DNA from: the human T2T-CHM13v2.0 reference genome, Homo sapiens
Assembly: GCF_009914755.1 (NCBI RefSeq)
Contig: NC_060947.1
Direction: 5' to 3' (one strand)
Length of the DNA stretch: 64,000 bases
Shown here: positions 1-13,310 of the stretch, piece by piece
Position numbering within the stretch: the stretch's first letter is position 1
Layout of the letters: each line of letters opens with the position of its first letter
Notes under the pieces: generated by a model
The model's input: the letters and a program-made list of their open reading frames with translations, nothing else
Databases searched by the model: none
Told to the model about the DNA's origin: nothing
Program-made: the position numbers and the translations under genes

Positions 1-458
1 GAATTCAATAAACTCACAGGTCATTTACAAAATATTAACCCAGTTGTTAAATAGTTGCAGCTGGTCAGAGAAAAGGGCTGATGAAACTTATGCCACAGAC
101 TCAGCCTCCCAGTATTTGAATGAATTTTGTTCCATATTATAGTTGCAGATTTCACAATTAATTTAGCCAAACACAAGTGCATTATTTTCATCACCCTTAA
201 GAAAACCCTTATAATCCTGAAGTAATTTAGTAGATGTCCCTCAGAAGTTTGTGGTCCACAGTCGTAGTTTTGTTCTCTTGCTTTTTTTAACGTTCTCCAA
301 AACCCTTTGACTCTCATTCCGCTACAAATTGGAGTGTTTACCTCAGAAAGAATGACTGTGGCTACCAGGGGGAAAGCTGAGAGTGAGTCCAATTTCTTTT
401 GGCCTGTTTGGCTTTTTCTGGGTTGCTTTGAATGCCAGATTTTAAAAGATGGACTAAG

Positions 459-1168
459 TACCATCTCACACCAGTTAGAATGGTGATCATTAAAAAGTCA
501 GCAAACAACAGATGCCGAAGAGGATGTGGAGAAACAGGAACGCTTTTACACTGTTGGTAGGAGTGTAAATTAGTTCAACCATTGTGGAAGACAGTGTGGC
601 AATTCCTCAAGAATCTAGAAGCAGAAATACCATCTGACCCAGCAATCCAATTACTGGGTATATACCCAAAGGATTATAGATCATTCTACTATGAAGACAC
701 ATGCACACATATGTTTATTGTGGCACTATTCACAAAAGCAGACTTCGAACCAACCCAAATGCCCATCAATGATAGACTGGATTAAGAAAATGTGGCACAC
801 ATACACCATGGAATACTATGCAGCCATAAAAAAGGATGAGTTCATGTCCTTTGCAGGGACATGGATGAAGCTGGAAACCATCATTCTCAGCAAACTAACA
901 CAGGAACAGAAAACCAAACACTGCATGTTCTCACTCATAAGTGGTAATTGAACAATGAGAACACTTGGACACAGGGAGGGGAACATCACACACTGTGGCC
1001 TGTTAGGGGGTGGGGGGTAAGGGGAGGGATAGCATTAGGAGAAATACCTAATGTAGACGATGGGTTGATGGGTGCAGCAAACCACCATGGCACATGTATA
1101 CCTATGTAACAAACCTGCACGTTCTGCACATGTATCCCAGAACTTAAAGTATAATAAAAAATAATAAA
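459..1168 (+). mobile_element. 5'-truncated L1 (L1PA5-7-like): ORF2 C-terminus, 3'UTR and A-tail
   Basis: ORFs 582-785 and 691-951 give L1 ORF2p C-terminal peptides ([21 protein letters not shown]). G-rich 3'UTR ends CCCAGAACTTAAAGTATAATAAAAAA. TSD AAAAGATGGACTAAG (444-458) / AAACGATGGACTAAG (1169-1183) at a TT/AAAA endonuclease site. Confidence 0.95.
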
Positions 1169-1984
1169 AAACGATGGACTAAGAAAAGAAAAATGAGAAA
1201 GAAAATAACAAATTTTGCCCTTCTTTTCTCCTGAAAGCATATGACCATTGCTGGACTTCTGAAATCTAAATCAGATCATCACTGCAGCTAATAGGTAAGT
1301 AAGTATAAACAAGTGCCTCAAGCCTTGGTATAAACCATGTATTTCATATTCTTCATTTATGGTGACTAAAATTGAATTCAAATTGCATTTTGTGGTATTT
1401 TGACTTCTCCTAAGGCATGTGCTTCTAGGAAATGAGGGAATCCAGGCTCTTTCTATGACCGCTGCTGATACTGTCACACTGTGTACCTATCCTTTTCCTC
1501 TGATTCTCCTCAGCACCTGCTCCTATCTTTCTAGAAAATTAGGATTCTACGAATTAGATGGAATGAATGCATTATATACCAGCAAGAATCCAAATAGAAA
1601 GATATTTTGGAAAGAGACATGTAATAAGAGTATGCCCATTTGGAATACTAAATATTTTATTGATGTAACAGAGAAAAGACTAATGAAATTTGCATATTAG
1701 GCAAAGCTGAGAGAGATCCCAGATATTTTAGAAGTCAGAATTGAAACAAAATGAAGTCCTGATCAATCAGATAAGCCATTCTGACTTCAAAGAAGACAAT
1801 GATAAAATACTGAATAATAAATAATACAAAGACTCCTCTATGTAAAGGGATTTTAAAAATTCAGATAGAATAAAAAATAAATGTGCAAAAAATTCTATAA
1901 TGTTATTCAACTTGAATGTGTTAAAACACATTAAAGTGAAACTTTGTGCATATTATTATTGAAGTAAGGTTGTTTACATAGTTG

Positions 1985-2410
1985 GAAAATCATTAACTTT
2001 AAAGTCAGAAGAGGGATTCAAATTTTGGCTCCTCCATTTTCTAGCTGCATACCTGTAGATTAATTATATATCTTATTTTAGACTTTTCTTTAGGTATGAA
2101 ACTGAGGTAATAACATTTGTTTCACAGGATGCTGTAAGGGTTAAATGAGCTAATGTAAGTCAGTGGTTCTCAAAGGGGTGATTTTTTTCCCCTAGGGGAC
2201 ATTTAGCAATGTCTGAAGACATTTTTTTGTTGTTGTTGCAATGGGGTGGGGTTGTGGTGTAAGTACTACTGGTATCTAGTGAGTAGAGGCCAGGGATGCT
2301 GTAATATTATACTAAGCATTCTACAATGCATAGGACAGCCCCTTATCAAGGTTGGGAGAACCCTTGTGAAGTGCATAGCCATTACCTGGTATGTAGTAAA
2401 CAAGAGCCAT
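1985..2410 (+). mobile_element. MIR interrupted by MER20
   Basis: MIR core-like GTAATAACATTTGTTTCACAGGATGCTGTAAGGGTTAAATGAGCTAATGTA; resumes after the MER20 with GTGAAGTGCATAGC...CCTGGTATGTAGTAA. Confidence 0.65.
2161..2365 (+). mobile_element. MER20 (hAT-Charlie MITE)
   Basis: CAGTGGTTCTCAA start; GGGGACATTTAGCAATGTCTGAAGACATTTTT; GTAGAGGCCAGGGATGCTG; ends GGTTGGGAGAACCCT. Confidence 0.85.
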
Positions 2411-3999
2411 CTATAGGTATTAGTTTAATTATTGAACTTGAATAAGAATATATAGAATCAACTTAATTTTTCTCAGAAGAGACAAGAGAAGAAAGTTGTA
2501 ATATTAAGTTGAGCCAAACATGCTGACAGTGATCCTGGGTATAACCACTGAAGGCCTTTGTGGGACAAACTAAAATGCCCATTTCAAACTTTTTAAACAC
2601 TAAAAACAAAAGGTAAAATTTGAGCCATTAAAAAGTGTTGAGACCATTAAAGAGTTGTTTTTGCTGGGGTGATGCGAGGCCTATGGAAAATTTTAAATTA
2701 CACAAACAAATAAGACTGGATTTAACACATTTCAAGGTATTAAAGCTATTAAGATCACTAGACTGTGAAATATGCTACCAAGGAAGTGCCAGATCTACCA
2801 CCAATTGAGACACTTAAAACTCAACTAAAACATTACAAAGTATATTTCTGGGAAAAGGGAACTAGCAAAGAAGGGGATCAAACTGCTAATTCAAGAGTTT
2901 TTTTTTCTTTCTGATATTTGTATTTCAGCAGCTATTTTTAAAATGGTAGGAGGCAAAATGTCAAATTGGAAACAAGTTTCATGAGATGACCCATAAAATT
3001 ACTTACTTGATCACTTTGGCAAAGACCATGGAAATTGACAACAGCTTACTATTGTAAAAAAATTAAAGCTGTTAAAGAGTTTCCTCTTCGATATTATAAT
3101 CAAATTAGCTTTAGTATCTACAAAGTAGACAATGGAGTTGACTTTGAGCCAAAACAAAATTTTTTTCAGACATTAACGAAACCACCTGGAAATGGTTACA
3201 TAAAAGATAATGATAAAGTTCACTGTAATGATTTTTAAATTGATTGCCTATCCCATTTTAGTTGCAGTTTCTTTACCTCATGAATGGCATAACTATTCAC
3301 AAATCTTTTAAAATATTTAAGGATTAATGTTTGAGAAGTACTTTGTACACTGACAGCATATATATACTAGCATACTATGCTTCATCCTCTTTAATAAGAA
3401 AGCCATTTGACAAGAACCATCTCAACCGATTAAAACAAAACAAAATCACAAATTCACGAGGTAAGCAAAATACAGAAAATGCAGACAAGTCAGGCTATGT
3501 GACTTGCTGAAGGCCAGTTGGTATATTTATAAGGTAGGGGTAGCGTGACAAAATTAGATTTCCCTGACAACTGGTCTAGTACCCTTTCTGCTGTTTTGAC
3601 TGCCTTCCTTCCACTCCTTCAAGTGAGTGCTAATAAATGAAAGAGAACATGCTTAAGTCTTATATTATCCAGGCATCTAAATGTTTATTTCCCTAAATTT
3701 TCAGCTCCCGGTTCATGGTTGAGTCCCTACATGTAGCAGTTGGACATTTGATAAATATGCTAAATTAATAAATAAAAATTGAGATTTTGCTAGCTTCAAC
3801 AGATAGACTACTAGAGTTTAGATGAGATGGATATATTTTCTTAAGAATATCCATTAGTCAAGACAATCTCTGTTCTTGGTTAAGTCTTTTTGAATTAGCA
3901 ACTATGAATTGTCAAGTCTTGTCTAAATTAAGATGTGTAATATACGAAAGTGCTCTGAAGTAGAAGAAATGTATAATGATTTGTTCTATTTTCATCACC

Positions 4000-4370
4000 A
4001 TTAGCTGAAAGCTGGAATATGTTAATTAAAAGAAAATATTTCTGAACACTCAATGGAGTTCACAAGGGGAACACCTTAGTAATTTTCCACTACTGGAAAA
4101 GTTGTCATGTAAAGAGGCATTGGGTTTACGCTATATGATCCAAGAGGGCAGAACTAAAACCAAATGATTTTGGTTTTGGACTAGCAAAGACTATCCCCAC
4201 GTGGGAATGGCTTCCTCTGGAAGAAATGATTATCTCATTTTTGGAAGTGTTCAAATGGGGATGGGGGCCATCATTCACTGGGAAAACTGTGAGAGGGATT
4301 CAGACATTGAGTAGAAGCTGGGTTTAACACACTCACAAATTCCATCTTTGAGTTTCTATTATCATGATGG
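4000..4370 (+). mobile_element. L3/CR1-like ancient LINE 3' remnant
   Basis: AGAGGGCAGAACTAAAACCAAATG...GGAAGTGTTCAAA...GAGAGGGATTC resembles a CR1/L3 3' end. Confidence 0.45.
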
Positions 4371-5039
4371 ATAGAGAGATATAAATTAGTGAAATTGCTA
4401 CCTAGCTCTCTACCTCAAAAACTAGTACTACCTAAAAAAAAGTTGTACTTAAAAGAAAATTTCAACAGACTTTATTAGCAATGGGGGTCCCACTTTATTA
4501 AACAGTGCAGTCAAAATGCACTCATGTTTAGCCAGACTTTTCCTATTTGGGCACAATGTTTCTAATTGAAAGTAAGATAGATGGGATACTGAAATCTAAG
4601 CAGCGCCAGTAATGGCTTCTAATTATTTTGTTGTAAAAACATAGGCATTTTTTCTCTTTTAATGGCTGTGTTTTCCTGCTGTTTCCAATTGCAACAGCTT
4701 CTTTAAGAAACTGTGTGAAATACTTCCTAGGTAATCATTTGGCTAGCCCCAAATGACCAATTTATGACAGCTACGCTAAATAATATTACCGGAATTCAGT
4801 GGTACTGCCCAGTCACAGAAGTGAGTGTAAAATACACTGCAATTTAACTCTCCCCACAGGATCATGGCTGTAATCTCACTGTTGGAGAAACTGCTTACTT
4901 CCCAAATGTGTTTGCAAAACACCAACTGACCAAAAGAGTGATAAATTCAATTAGTCAAATTAAGATGTACTCACAAAGTACAAGGCTCTGGGATGGGCTA
5001 GAAATGATTATTTTTCCAAAAAGGCATTTTTTTAAACAA

Positions 5040-5210
5040 TAGTATGCATAAGCATAGTCAGTGGATTCATTAAAATGCCCAGTCATCGGTTCCACTCCGA
5101 ATTTTCGGATTCAGCAATGCTGGGTAAGGCACAGAAATGTATATTTTTAACAAGCAATGCAGGGGAGACCAAAGGAAGTGGCACATGGACTATATTTTGA
5201 GAAACACTGG
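5040..5210. mobile_element. MER5A-like MITE
   Basis: GGATTCAGCAATGCTGGG...TATATTTTTAACAAGC...TTTGAGAAACACTG terminus. Confidence 0.6.
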
Positions 5211-5494
5211 CAATCCTTCTATATACTATGCTTTAGTTTTTCCCAGATTATGAGTTATAAACATAGTTGCTTTCCATGTATAAATGTTTTTATTCAGAAT
5301 TATGCTACTCAGGAAACTTAAATATAATTTGATAACCCTTCCTTTGGAACTGATCATTATTCTTATATCCATTTTTTGGAGGAGAAAACTGAGACACAGA
5401 GAATTAATTTCAATTCTCAACCTTTCCAAAATAACACTGAATTACCTCCGGTTAGCAAGTAAGCTTGGCTTTTGTACTGCTGAGACCCTAGAGA

Positions 5495-5700
5495 AGCCCG
5501 GTCCAACAGAACTTTCTGTGATGATGGATATGGCCTGTGACATCAAAGATAGCTAATAGCTAATAACTCTGTGTGGTTATTGAGAATGTGCAATGGGGCC
5601 AGTGTGACAGAAGAATTACTTTTCTAATTTTAGTTGATTAAAATTTAAATTTATATAGGCACACGGGGCTAGTGGCTACTGTTTGGGGTATCATAGCTCT
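5495..5700. mobile_element. MER3/MER33-like MITE
   Basis: GTCCAACAGAACTTTCTGTGATGATGGA; GTGGTTATTGAG; AATTTAAAT...GGCTAGTGGCTACTG. Confidence 0.75.
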
Positions 5701-6589
5701 AGACAGGACTTTTGGGAGACGTAATTTTTGGGGGCAAGCTCTTAGAACTGTTTCCTGAAACAGGGTGAACAATGGGAAGAATGAGGAAGACATTAGGAAG
5801 ATGTTGGAAGTTAATGTAGTGCACCTGGAAAAGTTTTTGTTGTTGTTGTTCTTTGCCCACCAGACAACAGGCCACATGCCCAGTATTTTGCTGGACTAAG
5901 CTACCACGCTTCCAACAACCTTATGTAATAAAACAGATGCCTTTACCTTCTGACTAAATTCAGTCTGTTGACCTGTGATTCTCTCTCTCTCTTTCTTTTT
6001 TATAGATGCTGGCCTTTTTTGCAGTGAGTTACCTCTAATATACACTTACTGAAAGCACACATCTTCACAGCTGAAAATAAAAATAAAATATATTCCATTA
6101 CAATTTTGGTGACATCTCTCCTAGCAGATCTTGTAAGCTGTATTTCCCAAGCAATACCGCTTTTGATCACTTTCTCAATTCCTCACATGAAATATTCATT
6201 GTAGTGAAATGTCTTAGTAAGGCAGGTTTAAGAGAGAAGAGGGAAAACAAATACTGAACCATGTTCCAAGAATATGGTAAAAACAAAAGAAGCAAAAGAA
6301 AGATGGAAAAATATGAGATTTTAATTAAACTACAAAAATGTTACTGATTTTTATCCCATTCATTTTTCTTGAAAGACTTTAGTCTTTATTCTCTCCTTCT
6401 TTCCCATACCATGTACAATCACACCATGGCAGGTTCTTAAAGTTTAACTGTTAGCAACTCTGGCTGCATATTAGAATCACCTGGGAACATTTAAAAACTA
6501 CTGACATCCACATTCCACTCTTGGAGACTCTAGTTTATTTGGTTTGAGGAGGAGCCCTGGAATAGCATGCTTTAAGATTTTTGTATTTT

Positions 6590-6790
6590 AGACATCACAG
6601 GATTTTAGAAGAGGAGGGGAATTAGAAATCAATGAATCAACTCCTCTTATTTTGCAGATGAGGTAAATGTGGTCCAGAGAAGGGCAGCGACTGGTCCAGG
6701 CTCATGTAGTTAGTTATTTGTTCCTGAGCTAAGGCCAGAGTTAAAGATCTGATTCCTAAGTCTAATTCTTCTAGAACAGTACACTGCAGC
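6590..6790 (-). mobile_element. MIR
   Basis: CCTCTTATTTTGCAGATGAGGTAAATGTGGTCCAGAGAAGGGCAGCGACTGGTCCAGGCTCA MIR core. Confidence 0.75.
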
Positions 6791-6999
6791 CTACCTTTAT
6801 CTAGACATGTTTCCTATTGGTCCTACTCTTCCTTATACAATACCACTTTTGCTTTCCCTGTGGTGTCTATTTCAAAATTTTCTTGGGTTGTATGATGCAT
6901 TTGTACTGATTAACCACTTGAGGAGATTGTTATATTTACCTTTGGGTAGACTGTCTCTACCTAGAATATCTCAAATAAGGTGGTATATATTAGGTCAGA

Positions 7000-7178
7000 G
7001 CAGTAGTTCTCAATCTTGGCTGCGCATTAGAATCATACGAGGGATTAAAAAAATACTGATGTCTGGGTCTCCTCTCAAACCTAGTAAAATCAGCATCTCT
7101 ATAGATGGGCCCTTGGCATTGGTATTTTATAAGTTTCCCGGGGGATTCTAATGTGCAGCCAAGGTTGAGAACATCTGG
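7000..7178. mobile_element. MER5A/B MITE (a partial copy also at ~6452-6575)
   Basis: Terminal inverted repeats CAGTAGTTCTCAATCTTGGCTGCGCATTAGAATC / GATTCTAATGTGCAGCCAAGGTTGAGAACATCTG. Confidence 0.85.
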
Positions 7179-8172
7179 ACCAGAGGAAGATATAAAGAAA
7201 GACTTTTAATTATTAAGTACGGGATGGTCAGAGGACATAAATGGTTATGCTGACAATATACCCCCTTGTCTAATATAATTTAATTTAATATAAATTTGCC
7301 ATGTTGGCTTTACCAAGACCTCACAATTTGGGTAGTTGCCATGGTTACCACAAATGCAAGTTCATGGTTGGGAATACAGAAAATCAGTATTTCCTTCACA
7401 GTAACATGTGAGCTATGCTGAGCTCAAAGACCCAGTGACTTTTTCAGTAGCTTTGAGAGGCCTGTTTTATGTTTGCTTTCATTTCAGAGGTACTGTTCAG
7501 ACTCAAGGGCCAAACCTAGGAAATTATTTTTAATTTTTCTTTTGAAAAGTTTTCTTTAAAAGAAAAATACTTTAATAAGACCTTGACGATAGTACTTTAT
7601 GTAAAATGAGCTGGTTCAAGATGGAGCACAACAACCAAGAGGCATACTCTAAAGAAAGAGAGGTGGGGAAGGGAGAAAAAAAGAAAGGGAAGGAGAAGAA
7701 AGAAAATGAGAAGGAAAGATGAGTAATGAGAGGAAGGGAAAGAGAAAAAAACAGATTCGATACTCTGAACTCTTACAATTTGCAAGCATTATCTCATTCA
7801 ATGCTAAAACAACCCTCGAGCTAGGTGCTATTATATTTGTCATTATTTAGTTGGAAAGACTAATCCTCAGAGGAATCCACTTGTTCAAAGTTGCCAGATT
7901 CATAAGAAGATATTTGAATCTTGGTCAGGGTTTCTAGCTGGCTCTGTGACTTTAATAACTTCAGTATCCTCCCTTTCCGACTTAGTTGTTGTCTTCTCAA
8001 TCAGAGTGGGAATTATTACTAACTGGACTTCTCCATTTGTATTACACGTGTCATGCACAGAAAAATGCAAGAGGTATGTGTTAGCTGTCATTGGTTCTAG
8101 TTCTTCACTGTTCCCTTCCTGTATCCATGCCCTTTGACATGTGACTTTGCAACTCTTCCCTCTATAGAGTTG

Positions 8173-8540
8173 TGTATTAGTCCATTCTCACACTGCTATG
8201 AAGAATACCTGAGACTGGGTAATTTATAAAGGAAGAAGGTTTAATTGACTCACAGTTCCGCATGGCTGGGGAGGCCTCAGGAAACTTACAATCATGGCAG
8301 AAGGCAAAGCAGGCACTTTCTTCACAAGGCGGCAGAAGGAGGTGAGTGCAAGCAGGGGAAATGCCAGACGTTTTTAAACTATTAGATCTCATGAGACTCT
8401 CACTTTCATGAGAACAGCATGGGGGAAACCTCCCCCATGATTTAATTATCTCCACCTGGTCTCTCCCTTGACACGTGGGAATTATGGGGATTACAATTCA
8501 AGATGAGATTTGGGTGGGGACACAAAGCCTAACAATATCA
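8173..8540 (-). mobile_element. THE1/MSTA-type MaLR solo LTR
   Basis: TGTATTAGTCCATTCTCACACTGCTATGAAGAATACCTGAGACTGGG...AACAATATCA; 5-bp TSD AGTTG on both sides (8168-8172, 8541-8545). Confidence 0.93.
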
Positions 8541-8932
8541 AGTTGTATTGTATTTCCTCAACTCTTGAGTTTGAATTTGGCCATATGATTTGTTTTGGCC
8601 AACAGAATGAGATGAAAATGATGGTGTGCCAGTTCCCAGTCTAGGCAAAAGTCTTTTGTGCCTCCACCACGCCATAAAGAGGTCAGACCCTCAGTGATCC
8701 AAGGAAGAGAATGAGAAGTATTTGGAGCCAACTCACAGACCTGTAGTGTGAAGCAGAGCTACCCCCAGCCACATCTTTGATCAAAGTCCAGCTGACCTGT
8801 TGACCAATCTCAGACACGTGAGATTGCCCAGCTGAGTTCAGTAAGCCACCCAGTCCAACCACAGATGTGTGATTTGTGAGCAAGCCCAGCTGGAGTCAGT
8901 AGAACTGCAGATGTATAAGCGAATCAAATACT

Positions 8933-8933
8933 A

Positions 8934-9014
<81 letters not shown>
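8933..9014. repeat. Compound microsatellite (ATCT)n(CT)n
   Basis: Directly visible tetranucleotide run followed by a dinucleotide run. Confidence 0.97.
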
Positions 9015-9017
<3 letters not shown>

Positions 9018-10299
9018 CCTGAGATTTTGTGATTCTTATGTCTAGTAGCTCATATTACAGGATAAGAGAGAGCTAATATCACTGTACTTTTGAATATGTG
9101 GACACATAAAAGCACGCAAGGGCAGTCTACGTGTGCTACAGTCAAATACCTGTACAACATGACTGCTGGGAGGAAAAAACACCCTGTTGTTTATCTCTCC
9201 TGGTCACACAATGTCAAGTAATCCTGAGCCACAGGGATATTTCTTTCCTCCATGGTAACTGATCTGTAGCACACTACTTGTTAAAAAGGACATCGAGTCA
9301 GAGGGAGAAGACAAAGAACTTTACAGTCATAAGGTTGATCTGTGGCTCCAGGAATGTTATTCTGAAATATCCTATAGCCTGAAGGTGCATAAATAGCCAG
9401 TGGGTCCTCCCTTCTTTATAAAGATATCACATATTGCTGATCTTTGCTTCTACTGAGCACTATTCTTAACAGCTATTCATAACCTTTAGGGACTAGACAC
9501 TAAGAACAGTGGTGACTCTCAAGGTTAGGTAAGTAGGAAAGGAAGATGAGGTTGGAAAGAGTAATAAAGGGAGACAGTTTTTATAATACACATGCCTATC
9601 TTGCCAGAATTGCTGGTGGGAAGTCATATGCATATTTTATAAAATCACCCAACATACTCTGGTACTTATGAGGTTCCAGTTGAGAAAGACTTCACTAAGA
9701 GCAGTCTTTTCAACTTTTTCAGTCTATGGCCCATCTTTCCTATGAAATCCCACTTTCCACAATGAAAAAGAATTCTATGATTACCAAGAATTATAGAGAA
9801 GCAAAATAAATAACTTGTAGTAAAAATTTTTTGTTGGCAATGTATATGAATCTCATTATTAACTTTCAGAAATATGAGTCTTTAAACAAGATTCTGAGAG
9901 TCCTTGTACATTTTTGAAGTTTAGGAATCCAACTTCCCAAGAAATGAAGGAACAATGAATTCATATTTGAACTTCAATGCATATACATCTTAACTTCTAG
10001 TTATTGGAAAATTATACATAAAAATATTGTTGATGCAAAAATGTATCCCTACTCACTGTAAGGTGAACAAACAACTATTCCCAAGCCAAATTAATAATGA
10101 TGAAGCTAAATTGGCAGCATTTATAATTAAAATTCAAGGATTACAGCAATTAAAAACCACAATCAAATGAAGACAGCACTGATGATAAACTCACTGATTA
10201 CAAATTGCCCTTTCTGGAATTTGGTGGAATTCCAACTGCATATATACTTAGAATCACATGTGGCAGCCCCATTTCTAGAGTGCAAATGAAAATCTTTAG

Positions 10300-10480
10300 T
10301 AGACTCTAGCAATCTACTAGAAAGAACAAAGCTGCGTCTTGATTATTTTGTTATGAGAATGCAAGGATGCTTTCAAAAGTTCTGGAGTAGTATCAAAGGG
10401 AACCAACCTAAAGGGGCTCCCAGTGGTCAAATTGTGGCACTGGATAATGAAAAGAAAATAACAATTGTAGTCAATACTAT
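10300..10480 (+). mobile_element. L1MC4/5-like 3' remnant
   Basis: GGAACCAACCTAAAGGGGCTCCCAGTGGTCAAATTGTGGCAC motif. Confidence 0.55.
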
Positions 10481-10769
10481 TTCTGAGCATGAGATCTATG
10501 ATCAATAGAGAAATATTAATAGGTATGATCATAAGATTTTCTGCTGCAATGCAATGGCCATCTGTGTGGAAAATGTTCATAAATTAGATGATATTTTGTA
10601 CACTATTACAAATATTAATGGACTGCAACAAGGCATTCAATTCATGGCTGCAAAAATAGATGTTACTGGGCTACAGCCTAGAGACTGGATATATTAATAT
10701 TTCAAAATTCAGCAGAAAGGACATCACTTCAATTGCACTGGATGGGACCATCCAGTGGTCCTTCTAACC

Positions 10770-11215
10770 ACTCACCAAATGACAAGGTCTCATGCTTTCC
10801 AGCCCTGAATCTTCTTTCCCCCTGTAAGATGTCTGCTGCACTCACTAAGAGCTCCTTACTCGTAGTTTCATGTATCACCTTATAGCCATAAAAATAAATT
10901 GTATGTATTTTCTACTAGCCCAAAATTTGCTCTTTAGAATGCTCACCTTGTAGATAAAAATTAAGATTATAATCATAGACTTTTCCTTGCCTTTTGAGAA
11001 CAACCGACCCTCAGGAAAACCATGCTTCCTTGAATTCCCCCACAAAATCACCAAAAAGCCCATATCCTATAAGAAGACTCTTCTCACACCCTCTTCCTGA
11101 GCTGCCTCACGGTTTCCTATCATGTACTGTCTTCCTCATTACCTTGGGCCAATAAACCCAATTTTTTCAACCATAACTATGTCTCTGATGGTCTTCGGCT
11201 AGAAGGCACTGACGT
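10770..11215 (+). mobile_element. Degenerate LTR remnant (probably ERV1 class)
   Basis: TATA-like CCTATAAGAAG, CAATAAACC poly(A) signal, U5-like GATGGTCTTCGGCT. Confidence 0.45.
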
Positions 11216-11301
11216 CGCAAATAAGATTTGACCTGGACCACTTCAAGAACAAAATCAAGAGTTAACTTTAAAGTATACACTACAAGTAAGTGTCTTCTGC
11301 T

Positions 11302-11580
11302 GAGAAGGAGAGAGAGGAAAGAGAGGAGAGAGAGAGAGAGGAAAGAGAGGACAGAGAGAGAGAGGAAAGAGAGGACAGAGAGAGAGAGGAAAGAGAGGAC
11401 AGAGAGAGAAAGGAAAGAGAGGACAGAGAGAGAGAGGAAAGAGAGGACAGAGAGAGAGAGGAAAGAGGAGAGAGGGAGAGGAAAGAGGAGAGAGAGAGAG
11501 AGGAAAGAGAGGAAAGAGAGAGAGGAAAGAGGACAGAGAGAGAGGAAAGGGAGGAGAGAGAGAGAGGAGAGAGGAGAGGG
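11302..11580. repeat. GA-rich polypurine minisatellite with 24-bp unit GAAAGAGAGGACAGAGAGAGAGAG
   Basis: Unit restarts at 11341 and 11365 and continues; it produces the ERKERTER / SLSVLSFL periodic ORFs. Confidence 0.95.
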
Positions 11581-12653
11581 AATAATAACCACTAAAGTAA
11601 TTAAACCTAAAAAAAAATCACCATAAGTTACTATGTTGATCTCCCTGGATTTGCTAATATAATTACTACCTTTCAATTCTAAGGTACAAGATTTTGTCAT
11701 TCCGGATTGGAGGTAAATGTCAAAGAATGATTAACTAAGATCAAAATGATATACCTTTTTCTACTCAGTATTCATTATACAAATGATTTTAAATACTGGG
11801 TGTGTGCCCTTAATATTCAGGGCTCTAAAAAAGAAGGTACTTTAATTGAAAAAAATTATGCATACATTTCAAATAGTGCAGAAAGTATGCATGGTTTAAT
11901 TATCTGCAGGTTCACTGCAGAATCAAATTCAAAGCAAGAGGGTATTTAAAAGCCAAGAGGTGTGTGTGTGTGTGGGGGGGGAGGGCATGTGGAAATGCCC
12001 CTTTTAAGAAAAATATGAAAATAGAAATGTCTCTCTTTAATAAAATAAGTAGTTTTAATTAGAGAAGAAAATAAAGCTAATCACTTTGACTTAAAATACA
12101 GAGCCTCAATTATTCAGATGGGGTCTGCAAGTAACTTCGACTGTGATGTTAAGAATGGTGAATTTATAATCTGGTAAACTAAGAAGTTGCTCTGAAAAGG
12201 TAACTAATCAGGATGAAGCAAATGTCTGAATATTACGCTGTACTCTGCTATCTGCTTTAATTCACAAACTTCTCTGTTGAGCTTTTCTTCTTTTATTTGT
12301 AAAGAGATTCTCTTGCTGTCAAACCGTTTTGCAATGAGAACCTGTCTTACCCATCTGAACTTCAAACACGCATCATTCTGTAGGTATCATGGTTGGTGAG
12401 AAAAAGTTTTAAATAATTTAGGAATTGTCATAAAATATGGTTAATGTGGGAAACAGCGATAGTTAATGTCATTAATTACTTTTTAAAAACATTGGCTGTA
12501 TTAAAACCTAAGACAAACTTATTGCTTATATTTTAGGATTTTTTTCTGCCCCAACCTGAATTCTTCATTCCAGTAACTCTCTAAAAAGGTAACTGTCTTC
12601 CACAGTGTAGACATATGACAAAACATCACACCGTGCCCCATAAATATGTAATA

Positions 12654-13310
<657 letters not shown>

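Larger units (their letters stand above)
8075..9080 (+). mobile_element. MLT1-family MaLR LTR interrupted by a THE1/MST LTR and a microsatellite
   Basis: CCTGTATCCATGCCCTTTGACATGTGACTTTGCA; GGCCATATGATTTGTTTTGGCCAACAGAATG; GCCCAGCTGAGTTCAG motifs. Confidence 0.7.

Noticed and set aside
21-464. 147-aa minus-strand ORF
   Set aside because: Its ATG lies inside the L1 insertion next to the TSD; no recognisable domain or exon structure.
4156-4177. AAAACCAAA-TGAT-TTTGGTTTT hairpin (terminator-like)
   Set aside because: A 9-bp low-complexity stem inside an old LINE; expected by chance or local template switching.
11167-11700. Arg/Glu-rich and Ser/Leu-rich ORFs
   Set aside because: By-products of the stop-free GA repeat, open in several frames.
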